Shown: piece by piece, positions 39,123 through 48,892 of the stretch
Numbering within the stretch: position 1 is the first letter of the stretch
How the letters are laid out: each line of letters opens with the position of its first letter
Assembly (NCBI GenBank): GCA_963666215.2
Contig: CAXWPL010000001.1
Location: 1 to 64,000 of the forward strand
Reading direction: 5' to 3'
Origin: Acidobacteriota bacterium
GTDB taxonomy: Bacteria > Acidobacteriota > UBA890 > WLXD01
Length of the DNA: 64,000 nt
Translations under genes and position numbers: made by a program
The notes under the pieces: generated by a model
Database searches by the model: none
What the model saw: the letters and a program-made list of their open reading frames with translations, nothing else
What the model was told of the DNA's origin: nothing

Positions 39123-39329
39123 AGCGCCAGCGGAACCGGTCGTCCGCAAGCCCGTTGAGGGTGTTGCCTGCGGCGGCCAGGATCGGCCGCGTGGTCGCCA
39201 AACCTAGCAACGAGGCCGATAGCTGGACACACGGGGTCAACGCCTCCCGTCGGTAGTTGTCGCTGCGTCCCCAGCCGTGACATCGTCGCGCTCGATAACT
39301 CGCCCCCCATCTTCCCCCCGGCGGTCTCC

Positions 39330-39605
39330 GTGCCCAAGCAGCGGCTCGACACTCTCGACACCCTCGCGGAGCGCTTCGGCCTACCGTGGCGGACGATCGT
39401 TCGCGAGGTATTGCGTACGCGCCTGCCGTACGTAAGCGTCGCTGGGAGCTGGCGGTTCCGCGAGCGCGATGTGGAGGTCTGGCTACAGCGCGTCGGCGAC
39501 CTTCCTCGTCTCGAGCTGCTCACGGGAGGTAGAACAGCGAGGGCACCGGGTGAACGCTCCCGTCGCCATGGCGCAGACCAGGAAGCTCGTGGTCGGCACG
39601 ACTAG
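39330..39605 (+). CDS. Excisionase/BldC-like HTH protein #6 (divergent)
   Basis: LDTLDTLAERFGLPWRTIVREVLRTRLPYVSVAGSWRFRERDV; followed by LELLTGG. Confidence 0.78.
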   Translation: MPKQRLDTLDTLAERFGLPWRTIVREVLRTRLPYVSVAGSWRFRERDVEVWLQRVGDLPRLELLTGGRTARAPGERSRRHGADQEARGRHD

Positions 39606-39761
39606 AGACCTGCCGCGGCGCCAATCGAGGTCCTGTCCTGGATTCTGTGGCCAAGCGCGGACAAACGTGGCCAGCGCCGCTTGAGAGACGGTAGGAACGC
39701 GTCTAGGCTCTCCCCTCGTTTGGATGAGCTTCACTAAAGAGCTGGGAAGAGGCGACGACTC

Positions 39762-39977
39762 TTGAGCGAGAGTCTTCGAGTTGAGACGGTCGCGAGCTTG
39801 ACTGAGCGGGTCGGTATGAGCCGCGAAACCATCGTTCGCGAGGTCCGCGAGGGGAGTCTGCCGTACGTCAACGTCGGTGGCCATTGGCGATTCCGCGATT
39901 GCGACGTGGCCTACTGGAAGCGCAATCAGCGGCGAGCCGGTTTTCGCGTCATCGCAGGCGCCGCCGAAACCGCCTAG
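39762..39977 (+). CDS. Excisionase/BldC-like HTH protein #7 (divergent)
   Basis: VETVASLTERVGMSRETIVREVREGSLPYVNVGGHWRFRDCDV; followed by FRVIAGA. Confidence 0.8.
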   Translation: MSESLRVETVASLTERVGMSRETIVREVREGSLPYVNVGGHWRFRDCDVAYWKRNQRRAGFRVIAGAAETA

Positions 39978-39978
39978 G

Positions 39979-40957
39979 TGTGTTTTCTAAGTAGGTTGTT
40001 CACATCGGGGCTCACTTCTGAGATCAATGGGGTTGTTCAAAAGACTCCACGACCTCAGAAGGAGCGCCCGATGCAGCTGCATGGTAACGCCCGCACGACG
40101 CCGTATATACGCCGAGAGATGGTCCGCCGAGTCCGGGAGCGGGCGGAGCCCGTGACGGAAACGGCGGCGGCGCTCGGCGTGTCGGCTCGAACGGTTTACA
40201 AGTGGCTGGATAGATACGAGCGAGAAGGTGAGGCCGGGCTGCTCGATCGATCAAGCCGGCCGACGTGCTGTCCGCACGCAACAAGCGCTGGAGTTGTGAG
40301 GCAGATCGACAAGCTACGTCGGCGGCGACTGACGGCCTGGCAGATCAGCCGAAGGTTGGCTGTGCCGCGCTCGACCGTCTCGGCGTGGCTGAAGCGGCTC
40401 GGACTCGCCAAGCTTGATGCGCTCGAGCCCAAGCCCGAGATCGTTCGCTACGAGTACGAGCACCCCGGTGACCTACTGCACCTGGATACGAAGAAACTGG
40501 CCCGTATCCGGCGACCTGGACACCGCATCCACGGCGACCGCTCCAAGCGGGCCTACGGCGTCGGCTGGGAGAACGCCCACGTCGCTATCGACGATCACTC
40601 TCGGGTGGCGTACGTCGAAGTGCTGCCCGCCGAAGACCAACACACCTGCACAGCGTTCCTGCAGCGAGCCGTCGAGCACTTCGCTTCGATGGGAGTAGCG
40701 GTGCGCCGAGTGATGACAGACAACGGGCCTGGCTACGTCTCGAAGCGCTTCAATCGCCTATGCCATCAACTCGAGATCCGGCACATTTACACCCGGCCCT
40801 ACACCCCCAGAACCAACGGCAAAGCCGAACGCTTCATCCGCACACTCAAGGAGCAGTGGGCCTACGGCACCTGCTACCAGACCTCAGCTCGACGTACTCG
40901 AGCTCTACGGCCCTGGCTCAACCACTACAATCGTCACCGTCCCCACGCCGGCATCGG
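39979..40957 (+). mobile_element. IS481-family element, copy 1, right end deleted
   Basis: Starts TGTGTTTTCTAAGTAGGTTGTTCAC after cCTAGg; nearly identical to copy 2 up to ...GCCGGCATCGG, then diverges. Confidence 0.92.
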
Positions 40958-41285
40958 GGAGTTCGATCGCACCCTCACTCTCGACCCGGGTCAGATCGAT
41001 GCCTACGTCAATAAGGGCCTGATCCTGATGCGCGGTGGCGAGTACTCCAAAGCCGTGGGCGTGTTCCAAGCGGCGATCGCGAGGGACCCGAATCATGCCC
41101 TGGCACACTACAACCTCGGTCTCGCCTACGAAGAGAGCGAGCATTTTGACCAGGCGATCGATGTCTACGCCATGTTCATGCGTCTCGGTGGTGCCGAGCA
41201 CGGGGAGCTGGCTACATACGTTGGCCGCCGTATCGAATGGCTCGAAACACTGCCCGGTAGCCGCTACGGTGGCTCGCAACGCTGA
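40071..41285 (+). CDS. IS481 transposase fused in frame to a TPR-repeat C-terminal fragment
   Basis: LHLDTK, VMTDNG and TNGKAERF (DDE) up to HAGIG, then EFDRTLTLDP..AYVNKG..AHYNLGLAY TPR repeats. Confidence 0.8.
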   Translation: MQLHGNARTTPYIRREMVRRVRERAEPVTETAAALGVSARTVYKWLDRYEREGEAGLLDRSSRPTCCPHATSAGVVRQIDKLRRRRLTAWQISRRLAVPRSTVSAWLKRLGLAKLDALEPKPEIVRYEYEHPGDLLHLDTKKLARIRRPGHRIHGDRSKRAYGVGWENAHVAIDDHSRVAYVEVLPAEDQHTCTAFLQRAVEHFASMGVAVRRVMTDNGPGYVSKRFNRLCHQLEIRHIYTRPYTPRTNGKAERFIRTLKEQWAYGTCYQTSARRTRALRPWLNHYNRHRPHAGIGEFDRTLTLDPGQIDAYVNKGLILMRGGEYSKAVGVFQAAIARDPNHALAHYNLGLAYEESEHFDQAIDVYAMFMRLGGAEHGELATYVGRRIEWLETLPGSRYGGSQR

Positions 41286-41322
41286 GGCCCAACCGGCGGC
41301 CAAGCGATGCGATGCTGTTGGC

Positions 41323-41907
41323 TTGTGCTTGGCGATCGCCCTTGTCGTGATGGCGCCGGGAGCCGCGAGCGCACAGGCTCGCCCGTGCGTGTATCACGAC
41401 ACAGACGGCCGCATCGTGATCACCGATCGACTCTCAGATCCCCGCTGCGCCCACCTGCGCCCGCGCCCCGCAGCGGCATCTCGAGCTACGCCAAGACGGA
41501 TCTCGCTGGCGACGGCCGAGCTGGTTGATCTCACACACCGCACCGCGCTCGAGTTCGGCGTGGACCACCGGCTCATCGAATCGGTCGTCGAGATGGAATC
41601 TGCCTACAACCCACGGGCGGTCTCGCGAACCGGCGCCATGGGGCTCATGCAGTTGATGCCCGACCTGGCGCGGCAGTACGGCGTGCGGAACGCGTTCGAT
41701 GCGCGTGAGAATCTTCGCGCCGGCATTCTGCACATGAGAGCGCTGCTGCGAAAGTATGAGTCGGATGTTCGGCTCACGCTCGCGGCCTACAACGCCGGGG
41801 AGGGGAGCGTGAAGCGATACGGTGGAGTGTCCCCGTTCCGCGAGACGCTCGACTACGTTGCTCGAGTGCTGGCGCGATATCGTCAGCGAGTCAGAGCCGA
41901 GACGTAG
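41323..41907 (+). CDS. Lytic transglycosylase (SLT domain), exported; start uncertain
   Basis: ESAYNPRAVSRTGAMGLMQLMP, AAYNAGEG and ETLDYV motifs. Confidence 0.9.
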   Translation: MCLAIALVVMAPGAASAQARPCVYHDTDGRIVITDRLSDPRCAHLRPRPAAASRATPRRISLATAELVDLTHRTALEFGVDHRLIESVVEMESAYNPRAVSRTGAMGLMQLMPDLARQYGVRNAFDARENLRAGILHMRALLRKYESDVRLTLAAYNAGEGSVKRYGGVSPFRETLDYVARVLARYRQRVRAET

Positions 41908-42038
41908 CAACGGCTTCCTCGGAAGACTCGGGACATCGCTAGAAGACTTGAGACATCAGTGCGCGAGGCCGCCGACGTGTTTCCGGCAGGCGAGAGTGCG
42001 AGGATGCAGCCAACTCTTCTCGAGACTCGGAGGCTGCA

Positions 42039-42752
42039 GTGGGTGGGTTTCTCGCCGAGCGCCGGCGCCATTCGGAGCTGATGGACGCACCGGACATCGC
42101 TGCCAGTGAACACCGACGCGCCCTCGCCGGATTGGAGCGCATCAACCGGCTCTCCGCTGCCGTCCGACCGATTTGGAACCAGATCGCCCCCCTCATCGTG
42201 CGCACTGGCGGCGCTCTCCGAGTTCTCGACGTTGCGTGCGGAGGCGGTGAAGTCGCCGTCGGGCTGCAGAAACGCGCCCTCCGCGCCGGGCTCGACATCG
42301 AGGTTTTCGGTCTGGATATCAGCTCGTTGGCGGTCCAGGTCGCTCGCGAGAGGGCGTCGGCCGAAGGACTGGTGATGCGGTTTGCCGTTGGCGACGCTGT
42401 TGCCACACCGATCGACATCCACGAGCACTACGATGTCGTGATGAGCAGCCTGTTCCTGCACCACCTCGACGAACACGACGCCCTCCGCCTGCTGCGCCAT
42501 TCGGCGGCCGCGGCAACGCGTCGCGTGCTCGTCGTCGACCTGCGCCGCTCTCTGCGGGGCTACGTCCTGGCCGTGCTCGGCACGCGCGCTCTGAGCCGCT
42601 CGCCGGTTGTGCACTACGATGGCCCCGCCTCGGTACGCGCCGCATTCCATATCGAAGAAGCATGCCGGCTGGCCGAGCGTGCCGGCCTGCAGAACGTGCG
42701 AGCGGAGGCTCGTTGGCCGTTCCGATTTCTTCTCTCGGCGGATCCTGCATGA
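42039..42752 (+). CDS. SAM-dependent methyltransferase associated with a type III PKS
   Basis: ELMD, VLDVACGGG, SLFLHH and DGPASVRAAF. Confidence 0.87.
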   Translation: MGGFLAERRRHSELMDAPDIAASEHRRALAGLERINRLSAAVRPIWNQIAPLIVRTGGALRVLDVACGGGEVAVGLQKRALRAGLDIEVFGLDISSLAVQVARERASAEGLVMRFAVGDAVATPIDIHEHYDVVMSSLFLHHLDEHDALRLLRHSAAAATRRVLVVDLRRSLRGYVLAVLGTRALSRSPVVHYDGPASVRAAFHIEEACRLAERAGLQNVRAEARWPFRFLLSADPA

Positions 42753-44131
42753 ACTCCTTCGCTGTCACGGAAGATCGCCGCGAGCTCGGGTGCGGCGTAT
42801 TCGACGTCGTTGTGGTTGGCGCCGGACCGGCGGGCTCGATGGCGGCGCTGGAATGCGCTCGCGCAGGCATGTCGGTGCTCCTGGTTGATCGCAGTCGGCA
42901 TCCCCGAGCCAAGGTATGCGGCTGCTGTCTCACTCCCGGCTCGCTCGACGCCCTTACGGCCGCGCTCGGATGCGCCGAAGTGGATGCATTGGGTGGCCTA
43001 CCGCTGCGTCGCGTGCGGCTCGCGGCTTGGGGCCGGCGGCTCGAACTGCCGCTGGCGCGGGCCATGGTGTTGTCGCGCGCGCGTCTCGACAGCGTGCTGC
43101 TCGAGCGAGCCCGAGACGCCGGGGCACGGATTCTGTTCCCTGCCACGGCGAGCCCCGGTGCAGTGACCGCCGAATGGCGCGAGGTTCGCCTGCGTCACGA
43201 GGGTTCATCGATGCGGGTTCGCGGCCGTGTTGTCCTGGCTGCCGACGGGCTGAGCGGAGGCTTTCTGCGCGCCTGCCGAAAGCAGGCACTCGCGCAGGTT
43301 GGCGGTGCGTCGCAGGCCGTTGCGAAGGGTGAATCCGCCGCCGAACGTCCGGCGTTGGGACACGTCGGCGCCGCCTTGATACTGCCTTCTACGCAGGCAA
43401 ATCCTGATTACGCTCCCGGCGTTGTCTACATGGCCGCGGGCTCGGGGGGATACGTGGGCGTAGTTCGCCTCGAGGACGGTCGCCTCAACATCGCCGCTTC
43501 GCTATCGAGCGACGCTCTGCGCCCCGAGGCCCAAGTCGGGGAGCGGAGGCGGCCGAAACTCGAAGGCGTGGTGGCGGGAATTCTCGCCGCGGCGGGGTTG
43601 CCGCCGATTGGCTTCGACCGCGTTGGAGCCCATGCCGACGGCCGCGCCAATTCCCGGCCGGCCGCGGTCGTCGAATCGATGACCGCCGAGCAGCCGTCGA
43701 CCGACGAGGCGGGACCACCGCTGCGACACTGGATGGCGACCCCAAGGTTGCGGACACGCCCAGGGCACCTGATGGCGCCGCGCGTGCTGGCCATTGGCGA
43801 CGCTGCCGGATTCTGGGAGCCATTCACCGGCGAGGGAATCGCGTGGGCGCTCAACTCAGGCCGCGAAGCGGCGGCCGCCGTTCCGGGGCTGATTCCACAG
43901 TGGCGAGCTGGCGAGGTCGAGGCCTGGGAGCAGGGGTTCAGGGCCCGGTTGCGGCGACGTCAGCGACACAGTCAGCGTGTCGCGGCTCTGGCTGGTCGAC
44001 CACGGCTCGCCGCTGCAGCCATGACACTGTTGAGTGCGTGGCCACACTCGCTCCATTGGTTGTTGCCCGGTCAGCAACTGACTGGACGTCGTGCATCGGG
44101 AAGCGCGCGGTCCGAGCGGGTGAACGCATGA
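42749..44131 (+). CDS. FAD-dependent oxidoreductase (geranylgeranyl reductase/monooxygenase family)
   Basis: VVGAGPAG, PRAKVCG, AADG and IGDAAGFWEPFTGEGI; ATGA overlaps on both sides. Confidence 0.87.
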   Translation: MNSFAVTEDRRELGCGVFDVVVVGAGPAGSMAALECARAGMSVLLVDRSRHPRAKVCGCCLTPGSLDALTAALGCAEVDALGGLPLRRVRLAAWGRRLELPLARAMVLSRARLDSVLLERARDAGARILFPATASPGAVTAEWREVRLRHEGSSMRVRGRVVLAADGLSGGFLRACRKQALAQVGGASQAVAKGESAAERPALGHVGAALILPSTQANPDYAPGVVYMAAGSGGYVGVVRLEDGRLNIAASLSSDALRPEAQVGERRRPKLEGVVAGILAAAGLPPIGFDRVGAHADGRANSRPAAVVESMTAEQPSTDEAGPPLRHWMATPRLRTRPGHLMAPRVLAIGDAAGFWEPFTGEGIAWALNSGREAAAAVPGLIPQWRAGEVEAWEQGFRARLRRRQRHSQRVAALAGRPRLAAAAMTLLSAWPHSLHWLLPGQQLTGRRASGSARSERVNA

Positions 44132-45357
44132 GCTTGCACGTTGTCGGAATCGGGACGGCGGTTCCCGAACATACGATCGCGCAATCCGACGCCGCCAGCG
44201 TCAGCCGTGCCCTGCTTCCCCCCAATGCATCCCCGCGACACGGGTCACTGCTCGAAGCCTTGTATCGCCGCTCGGGCGTCGAGCGTCGGGGGTCGGTTCT
44301 GCTGGCCGAGACCGATGGAGACTGCGGGGCAAGGGCAGAGACCACGACCGACTCGGGCGCACAGGGCTTCTACAAGCCGGCGACCTCCGAAACGGACGGT
44401 GGTCCGGGGACGGCGTCGCGGATGGCGCACTATGAGCGGTCGGCGATTGCTCTTCTCGACACGGCCGCTCGACGAGCGATCCTCGAGGCGGGCGTCGATG
44501 CGGCTGCCTTCACTCACCTGATTACCGTTTCCTGCACCGGATTCTACGCGCCCGGTCTGGACGCGGGCCTCATCAACCGGCTCTCGCTGCCGCGCGATGT
44601 TGCCCGCGCGCACATCGGGTTCATGGGTTGTCACGGCCTGTTCAACGCCATCGGCGTGGCGAAGTCGATCGTCGAGGCGGAGCCCTCTGCGACGGTTCTT
44701 GTGGCCGCGGTGGAGCTCTGCAGCCTTCACTTCAGCTACGGCTGGGAGTCGGAGAAGATCGTCGCGAACTCACTCTTCGCCGACGGCGCGGCGGCTTTGA
44801 TTTGCACCGCCGCGGGCTCGGAGCTGCCGCAGTCGACACCGTTGCTGGCGTTCGACGCCACGGCCTCCTACCTGCTGCCCGATTCCGAGGATGCCATGAC
44901 GTGGAGGATCGGTGATCACGGCTTCGAGATGACTCTCGCCGCCAGCGTGCCCGGGCTGGTTGCGCGTCACGTGGGCCCATGGCTCGATGCTTGGCTCGGG
45001 GAGGAAGGACTGTGCCGCGACCAGGTTCGTACGTGGGCGGTTCATCCGGGGGGACCGCGCATTCTCACCGCGTTCGAGCGCTCGGCGTCTCTGCGCAACG
45101 GGGCGCTGGCGGTTTCGCGCCTGGTGTTGTCGCGCTGCGGCAACATGTCGTCGGTGACGGTGGCGTTCATCCTCGAGGAGCTGTCACGCTCAGGTGCCGA
45201 GTCGCCGGGTGTCGCCGTTGGGTTCGGTCCGGGAATGGTGGCCGAGGGGCTGCTCTTCAGAACGCTCGATGGAGGCAAACACGAGGACCGACGGCAGGCG
45301 CCTTCGCCGGGCGAGTCGGACGGCCCTCGTACGGGCCCGACATTGATCCCCGGCTAG
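44128..45357 (+). CDS. Type III polyketide synthase
   Basis: Catalytic Cys (FMGCHG), His (VHPGG) and Asn (GNMSS); also VELCSLH, LFADG and GFGPG. Confidence 0.93.
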   Translation: MSLHVVGIGTAVPEHTIAQSDAASVSRALLPPNASPRHGSLLEALYRRSGVERRGSVLLAETDGDCGARAETTTDSGAQGFYKPATSETDGGPGTASRMAHYERSAIALLDTAARRAILEAGVDAAAFTHLITVSCTGFYAPGLDAGLINRLSLPRDVARAHIGFMGCHGLFNAIGVAKSIVEAEPSATVLVAAVELCSLHFSYGWESEKIVANSLFADGAAALICTAAGSELPQSTPLLAFDATASYLLPDSEDAMTWRIGDHGFEMTLAASVPGLVARHVGPWLDAWLGEEGLCRDQVRTWAVHPGGPRILTAFERSASLRNGALAVSRLVLSRCGNMSSVTVAFILEELSRSGAESPGVAVGFGPGMVAEGLLFRTLDGGKHEDRRQAPSPGESDGPRTGPTLIPG

Positions 45358-45385
45358 CAGCCAACACCCTCGGTCGAAGAAGGGA

Positions 45386-46081
45386 GTGCTCGTGAACCTA
45401 CGAAGTCCACGTTGGCGCACGCCGACGCTGTTCGCCGTGGGGGTCTGCCTCATCGGGGCGCTGCCGCCGTCGGAACGCTCGCCGTGTCAGGCGCCTCAAC
45501 TTGAGCTGCGCATCGATTACGACCGGTCGTTCATCGTGGCGAGCACTGGCAAAGCCGGCCTTCTCGGGTTTCTGGGCCACAAGCACGGTGTTTTGGCAAC
45601 CAGCTGGGAGGCCGAGTTGCGCTACAACACAGAAGCCGTCGAGGGCTCCACGATCCGGGTCGGCGTGGACGTGGCTGCTTTGGTGATCGATACCGACGTG
45701 GCGAGACGGCGTGCCCGGCTAGGCGCCGGGCCCACCGACGAAGAGCGCGCCGAGTTGCAGCCGAAGATGCTCGACAATGAGCACCTTGCGGCCGAGACTC
45801 ATGCTGCCATCGAGTTCGCCAGCAGCTCGGTCGAGCGTCGAGGCGAGAGCGAGCTGCGGGTGGTCGGGACCTTCACGCTGATGGGGGTGAGCCGCGACGT
45901 TGAGGTCGACATCACCGCCTGGAGCACGGCCGGCTACCAGATCTTCTCGGGCGAGTTCGAGATCGGACAGCGCGACTACGGTCTCGAGCCGGAGTCAGTC
46001 GGTGGCGTGGTCAAGGTTGCCAACGACGTGACGATCCGTTTCCAGATCTGGACGCTGCCTGCTGAGACGGTACGGCGGTAA
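45386..46081 (+). CDS. YceI-family polyisoprenoid/lipid-binding protein
   Basis: Signal region; L..ETHAAIEFASS, VGTFTLMGVSRDV and QRDYGL. Confidence 0.75.
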   Translation: MLVNLRSPRWRTPTLFAVGVCLIGALPPSERSPCQAPQLELRIDYDRSFIVASTGKAGLLGFLGHKHGVLATSWEAELRYNTEAVEGSTIRVGVDVAALVIDTDVARRRARLGAGPTDEERAELQPKMLDNEHLAAETHAAIEFASSSVERRGESELRVVGTFTLMGVSRDVEVDITAWSTAGYQIFSGEFEIGQRDYGLEPESVGGVVKVANDVTIRFQIWTLPAETVRR

Positions 46082-46106
46082 CGCAGGCTCTCGTATTGAC
46101 GGCCTG

Positions 46107-48416
46107 CTACAGCGAAACCCGACGCAGTCGTAGCGCGTTGCCCACCACGGTGAGTGACGACAGCGCCATCGCGACCTCCGCGATCACCGGGTGCAGCAGG
46201 CCTGCAATCGCCAGCGGAATGGCGACGAGGTTGTAGAAGAACGCCCAAAACAGGTTCTGTCGGATTACGCGGAAGGTCGCCCGCGCCAGCTTTATGGCAG
46301 CGGCAACACCGGCGAGCTCGCCGTGTACCAGCGTGACGTCGGCCGCCTGTATGGCGATGTCGGTGCCCGTACCTATGGCAACGCCGACGTCGGCCTGGGT
46401 GAGGGCCGGAGCGTCGTTGATCCCGTCGCCCACCATCACCACTCGCTTGCCGGTCGCCTGTAGCTGGCGAATCGCCTCGAGCTTGTCGGCGGGCAGCAGC
46501 TGGGCTCGAACCTCCGTTATACCCACGCTGGACGCGATCGCCTCGGCGGTGCGCCGGTTGTCGCCGGTCAGCATCGTCGTCGTCAGCCCGGCATCGTGCA
46601 GCGCTTGGATGGCGCTTCGAGCGCCCGGCTTGACAGGGTCGGCGATACCCAGCACGCCAAGAGCTCGGCCGGCGCGCGCAACCACCACCGTGGTCATGGC
46701 GGCGCGCTCGAGCTCGTCGATCCCGATGTCGAGAGCCGCGAGATCGACGCGGCGTTCGCGCAGCCAGGCGGCACTCCCGACCACGACATGGATCCCGTCG
46801 ACCATGCCGTGGGCGCCCCGCCCGACCACCGCCTCGAATTGCTCGACAGGGGGCGGCGCGATCGATCGCGTTGCGGCGGCTTCACGAATCGCGCTCGCCA
46901 AAGGGTGCTCGGAGGCCTGCTCAACGCCCACGGCGGCTCGCAACAGCTCGGCCTCATCAACGCCTGCCGCCGTGCGCAGCTCCACAACCTCCGGGCGGCC
47001 GAGTGTGACGGTGCCGGTCTTGTCGAGCAGGACGACGTCGGCCTCCACCAGAGCCTGCAGCGCGGCGCCCGACCGGAACAGCACGCCCGCGCGCGCGCCT
47101 CGTCCGCTTCCCACCGTCAGCGCCGTCGGAGTGGCGAGTCCCAGCGCACAGGGGCAGGCGATGACGAGCACCGCGACGGCGGCGAAAACGGCAAGAGAAA
47201 CGCTGCCGAGGTCGGCGTTGACCCAAGGCAGAACGGCGGCGGCGCGGCGCGCCAGGGATGCCATGAAGTCGGGCAGTAGGAGCCACGCGACAAGTGTGGC
47301 GGTCGCGGTGATCAAGCTAGCGGGAACGAACACGCCGGTCACGCGATCTGCCAGCTGCTGGATGGGCACCTTGGTGGTTTGGCACTCCTCGACCATGCGC
47401 ACGATCTGCGCCAGGAACGTGTCGGCCCCGATGCGCGTTGCTTCAATGACGAGGCGCCCGTGTTGGTTGACCGTGGCGCCAATCACCTCGGCTCCGGGCT
47501 CCTTCGCAACGGGGATCGACTCACCCGTGGCCATCGACTCGTCGGCCGTGCTGTTGCCCTCGACCACGCGGCCGTCCACCGGAATCTTCTCCCCCGGTCT
47601 CACGAGCACGAGCGTGCCGACCTCGATGAGCTCGATCGCCACGCGCTGCTCGACATCGTCGACGAGGATCGAGGCCTCCTTCGCGCCGAGCTCGAGGAGG
47701 CCTCGAATCGCGCTCGCCGCGCGGCCTTTGGCGCGGGTCTCCAGATATCGGCCAGTCAGGTGGAACGCCATGATCATTGCTGCGACGCCGGCGAAGCTCG
47801 TCATTGGAGTCAGGAGCGACGCGACTCCGCTGCCGTAGGCGGCCAGGGTGCCGAGTGCGATCAGCAGATCCATGTTGGCGTTGCCGCGATGCAGGCCGCT
47901 GAGCCCTCGGAACCCCGCTCGGAAGGTTTCGGCCCCAACCACGAAGAGCACCGGGAACGCGAGCACGACCATGAGGAGCTTGTGCAGAACGGGGCTCGGC
48001 CAGGGAGCCCCGAAGCCCCAGCTTCCGGCCATGATGAGCATGATCGGGAGCGTGAACAGCCAAGCGAAGAACACACGCCCCTGCGCTTCGCGCACCCGCG
48101 CACGTTCGTTGCCGCTGGTCGCAACGCGCGGGTCGCGCGGCGTGGTGATGGCCTCGATCGTGTAGCCGGCGCCGGCGACGGCCTTCGACAGCGCCGCCTC
48201 GTCGGCCAGAGCGGGATCGAACGCCACGCGGGCGCGTTCCGTGGTGACGTTGACCGCGGCCTCGGTCACGCCCGGGAGCGCCCGCAGCGCCCGCTCGACG
48301 TTGCCGGCGCAGGCGCCACAGTGCATGCCGCTAACGGTGAGCGTGCGGGTGGCGAGCGCCGCGTCAGTGGGAGCGATTGCGCTGCGTGTCGAGGTTGATT
48401 CTGTTGTCGGTGTCAT
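46107..48416 (-). CDS. copA: Cu(I)-translocating P1B-1 ATPase
   Basis: GMHCGAC HMA domain, [24 protein letters not shown] and MALSS. Confidence 0.93.
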   Translation of the reverse strand: MTPTTESTSTRSAIAPTDAALATRTLTVSGMHCGACAGNVERALRALPGVTEAAVNVTTERARVAFDPALADEAALSKAVAGAGYTIEAITTPRDPRVATSGNERARVREAQGRVFFAWLFTLPIMLIMAGSWGFGAPWPSPVLHKLLMVVLAFPVLFVVGAETFRAGFRGLSGLHRGNANMDLLIALGTLAAYGSGVASLLTPMTSFAGVAAMIMAFHLTGRYLETRAKGRAASAIRGLLELGAKEASILVDDVEQRVAIELIEVGTLVLVRPGEKIPVDGRVVEGNSTADESMATGESIPVAKEPGAEVIGATVNQHGRLVIEATRIGADTFLAQIVRMVEECQTTKVPIQQLADRVTGVFVPASLITATATLVAWLLLPDFMASLARRAAAVLPWVNADLGSVSLAVFAAVAVLVIACPCALGLATPTALTVGSGRGARAGVLFRSGAALQALVEADVVLLDKTGTVTLGRPEVVELRTAAGVDEAELLRAAVGVEQASEHPLASAIREAAATRSIAPPPVEQFEAVVGRGAHGMVDGIHVVVGSAAWLRERRVDLAALDIGIDELERAAMTTVVVARAGRALGVLGIADPVKPGARSAIQALHDAGLTTTMLTGDNRRTAEAIASSVGITEVRAQLLPADKLEAIRQLQATGKRVVMVGDGINDAPALTQADVGVAIGTGTDIAIQAADVTLVHGELAGVAAAIKLARATFRVIRQNLFWAFFYNLVAIPLAIAGLLHPVIAEVAMALSSLTVVGNALRLRRVSL

Positions 48417-48745
48417 CGGTGACTCCGGTCGACGATCGAGATCACTTCGTCAATCCGCTGGTCGCGGATGGCTTCGTTGCCGCTCTGCACCGCCTCGACC
48501 ACGCAGTGGCGCAGGTGTCGATGCAGAATCGACTGGCCGACGCGTTGCAGTGCGCGCTCGGCCGAGCGCACCTGCGTGAGGATATCGATGCAATAGCGCT
48601 CGGCCTCGATCATCCGCTGAAGACCACGCACCTGTCCTTCGATGCGTCGCAGACGCTTGATCTCGTCGTCGTGTGGTACGCCGTGGCTTGGCGTGGTGGA
48701 GCCCGCGTTGGTTGCCTCGGCCGTCGAATCGTCGCGATCGCTCAT
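48413..48745 (-). CDS. csoR: CsoR-family copper-sensing repressor
   Basis: [23 protein letters not shown] (Cys, His, Cys ligands); overlaps the copA start. Confidence 0.92.
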   Translation of the reverse strand: MSDRDDSTAEATNAGSTTPSHGVPHDDEIKRLRRIEGQVRGLQRMIEAERYCIDILTQVRSAERALQRVGQSILHRHLRHCVVEAVQSGNEAIRDQRIDEVISIVDRSHR

Positions 48746-48752
48746 GTGTCCA

Positions 48753-48774
48753 ATACTATAGGGGGGTAGGGTAT
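48753..48774. promoter_or_regulatory. CsoR-type operator
   Basis: ATAC-TATA-GGGGGG-TAGG-GTAT, a G-tract flanked by TAC/GTA inverted repeats, directly upstream of csoR. Confidence 0.75.
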
Positions 48775-48892
48775 AATCAAGATTCTGGTGCAACCGTAGA
48801 CGCCAGCAAGGGGTACCCTTCGTGGCATTCTTTGACGCCCGCGCTCGTGTTCCGCTACGCGCGGTCTCCTCGATTCTCCCGAGCCATCTGCC

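Noticed and set aside
25585-41285. Prophage or ICE suggested by the many excisionase-like genes
   Set aside because: No integrase, relaxase, T4SS, terminase or capsid genes and no att-like repeat were seen; the genes are interleaved with housekeeping nadE.
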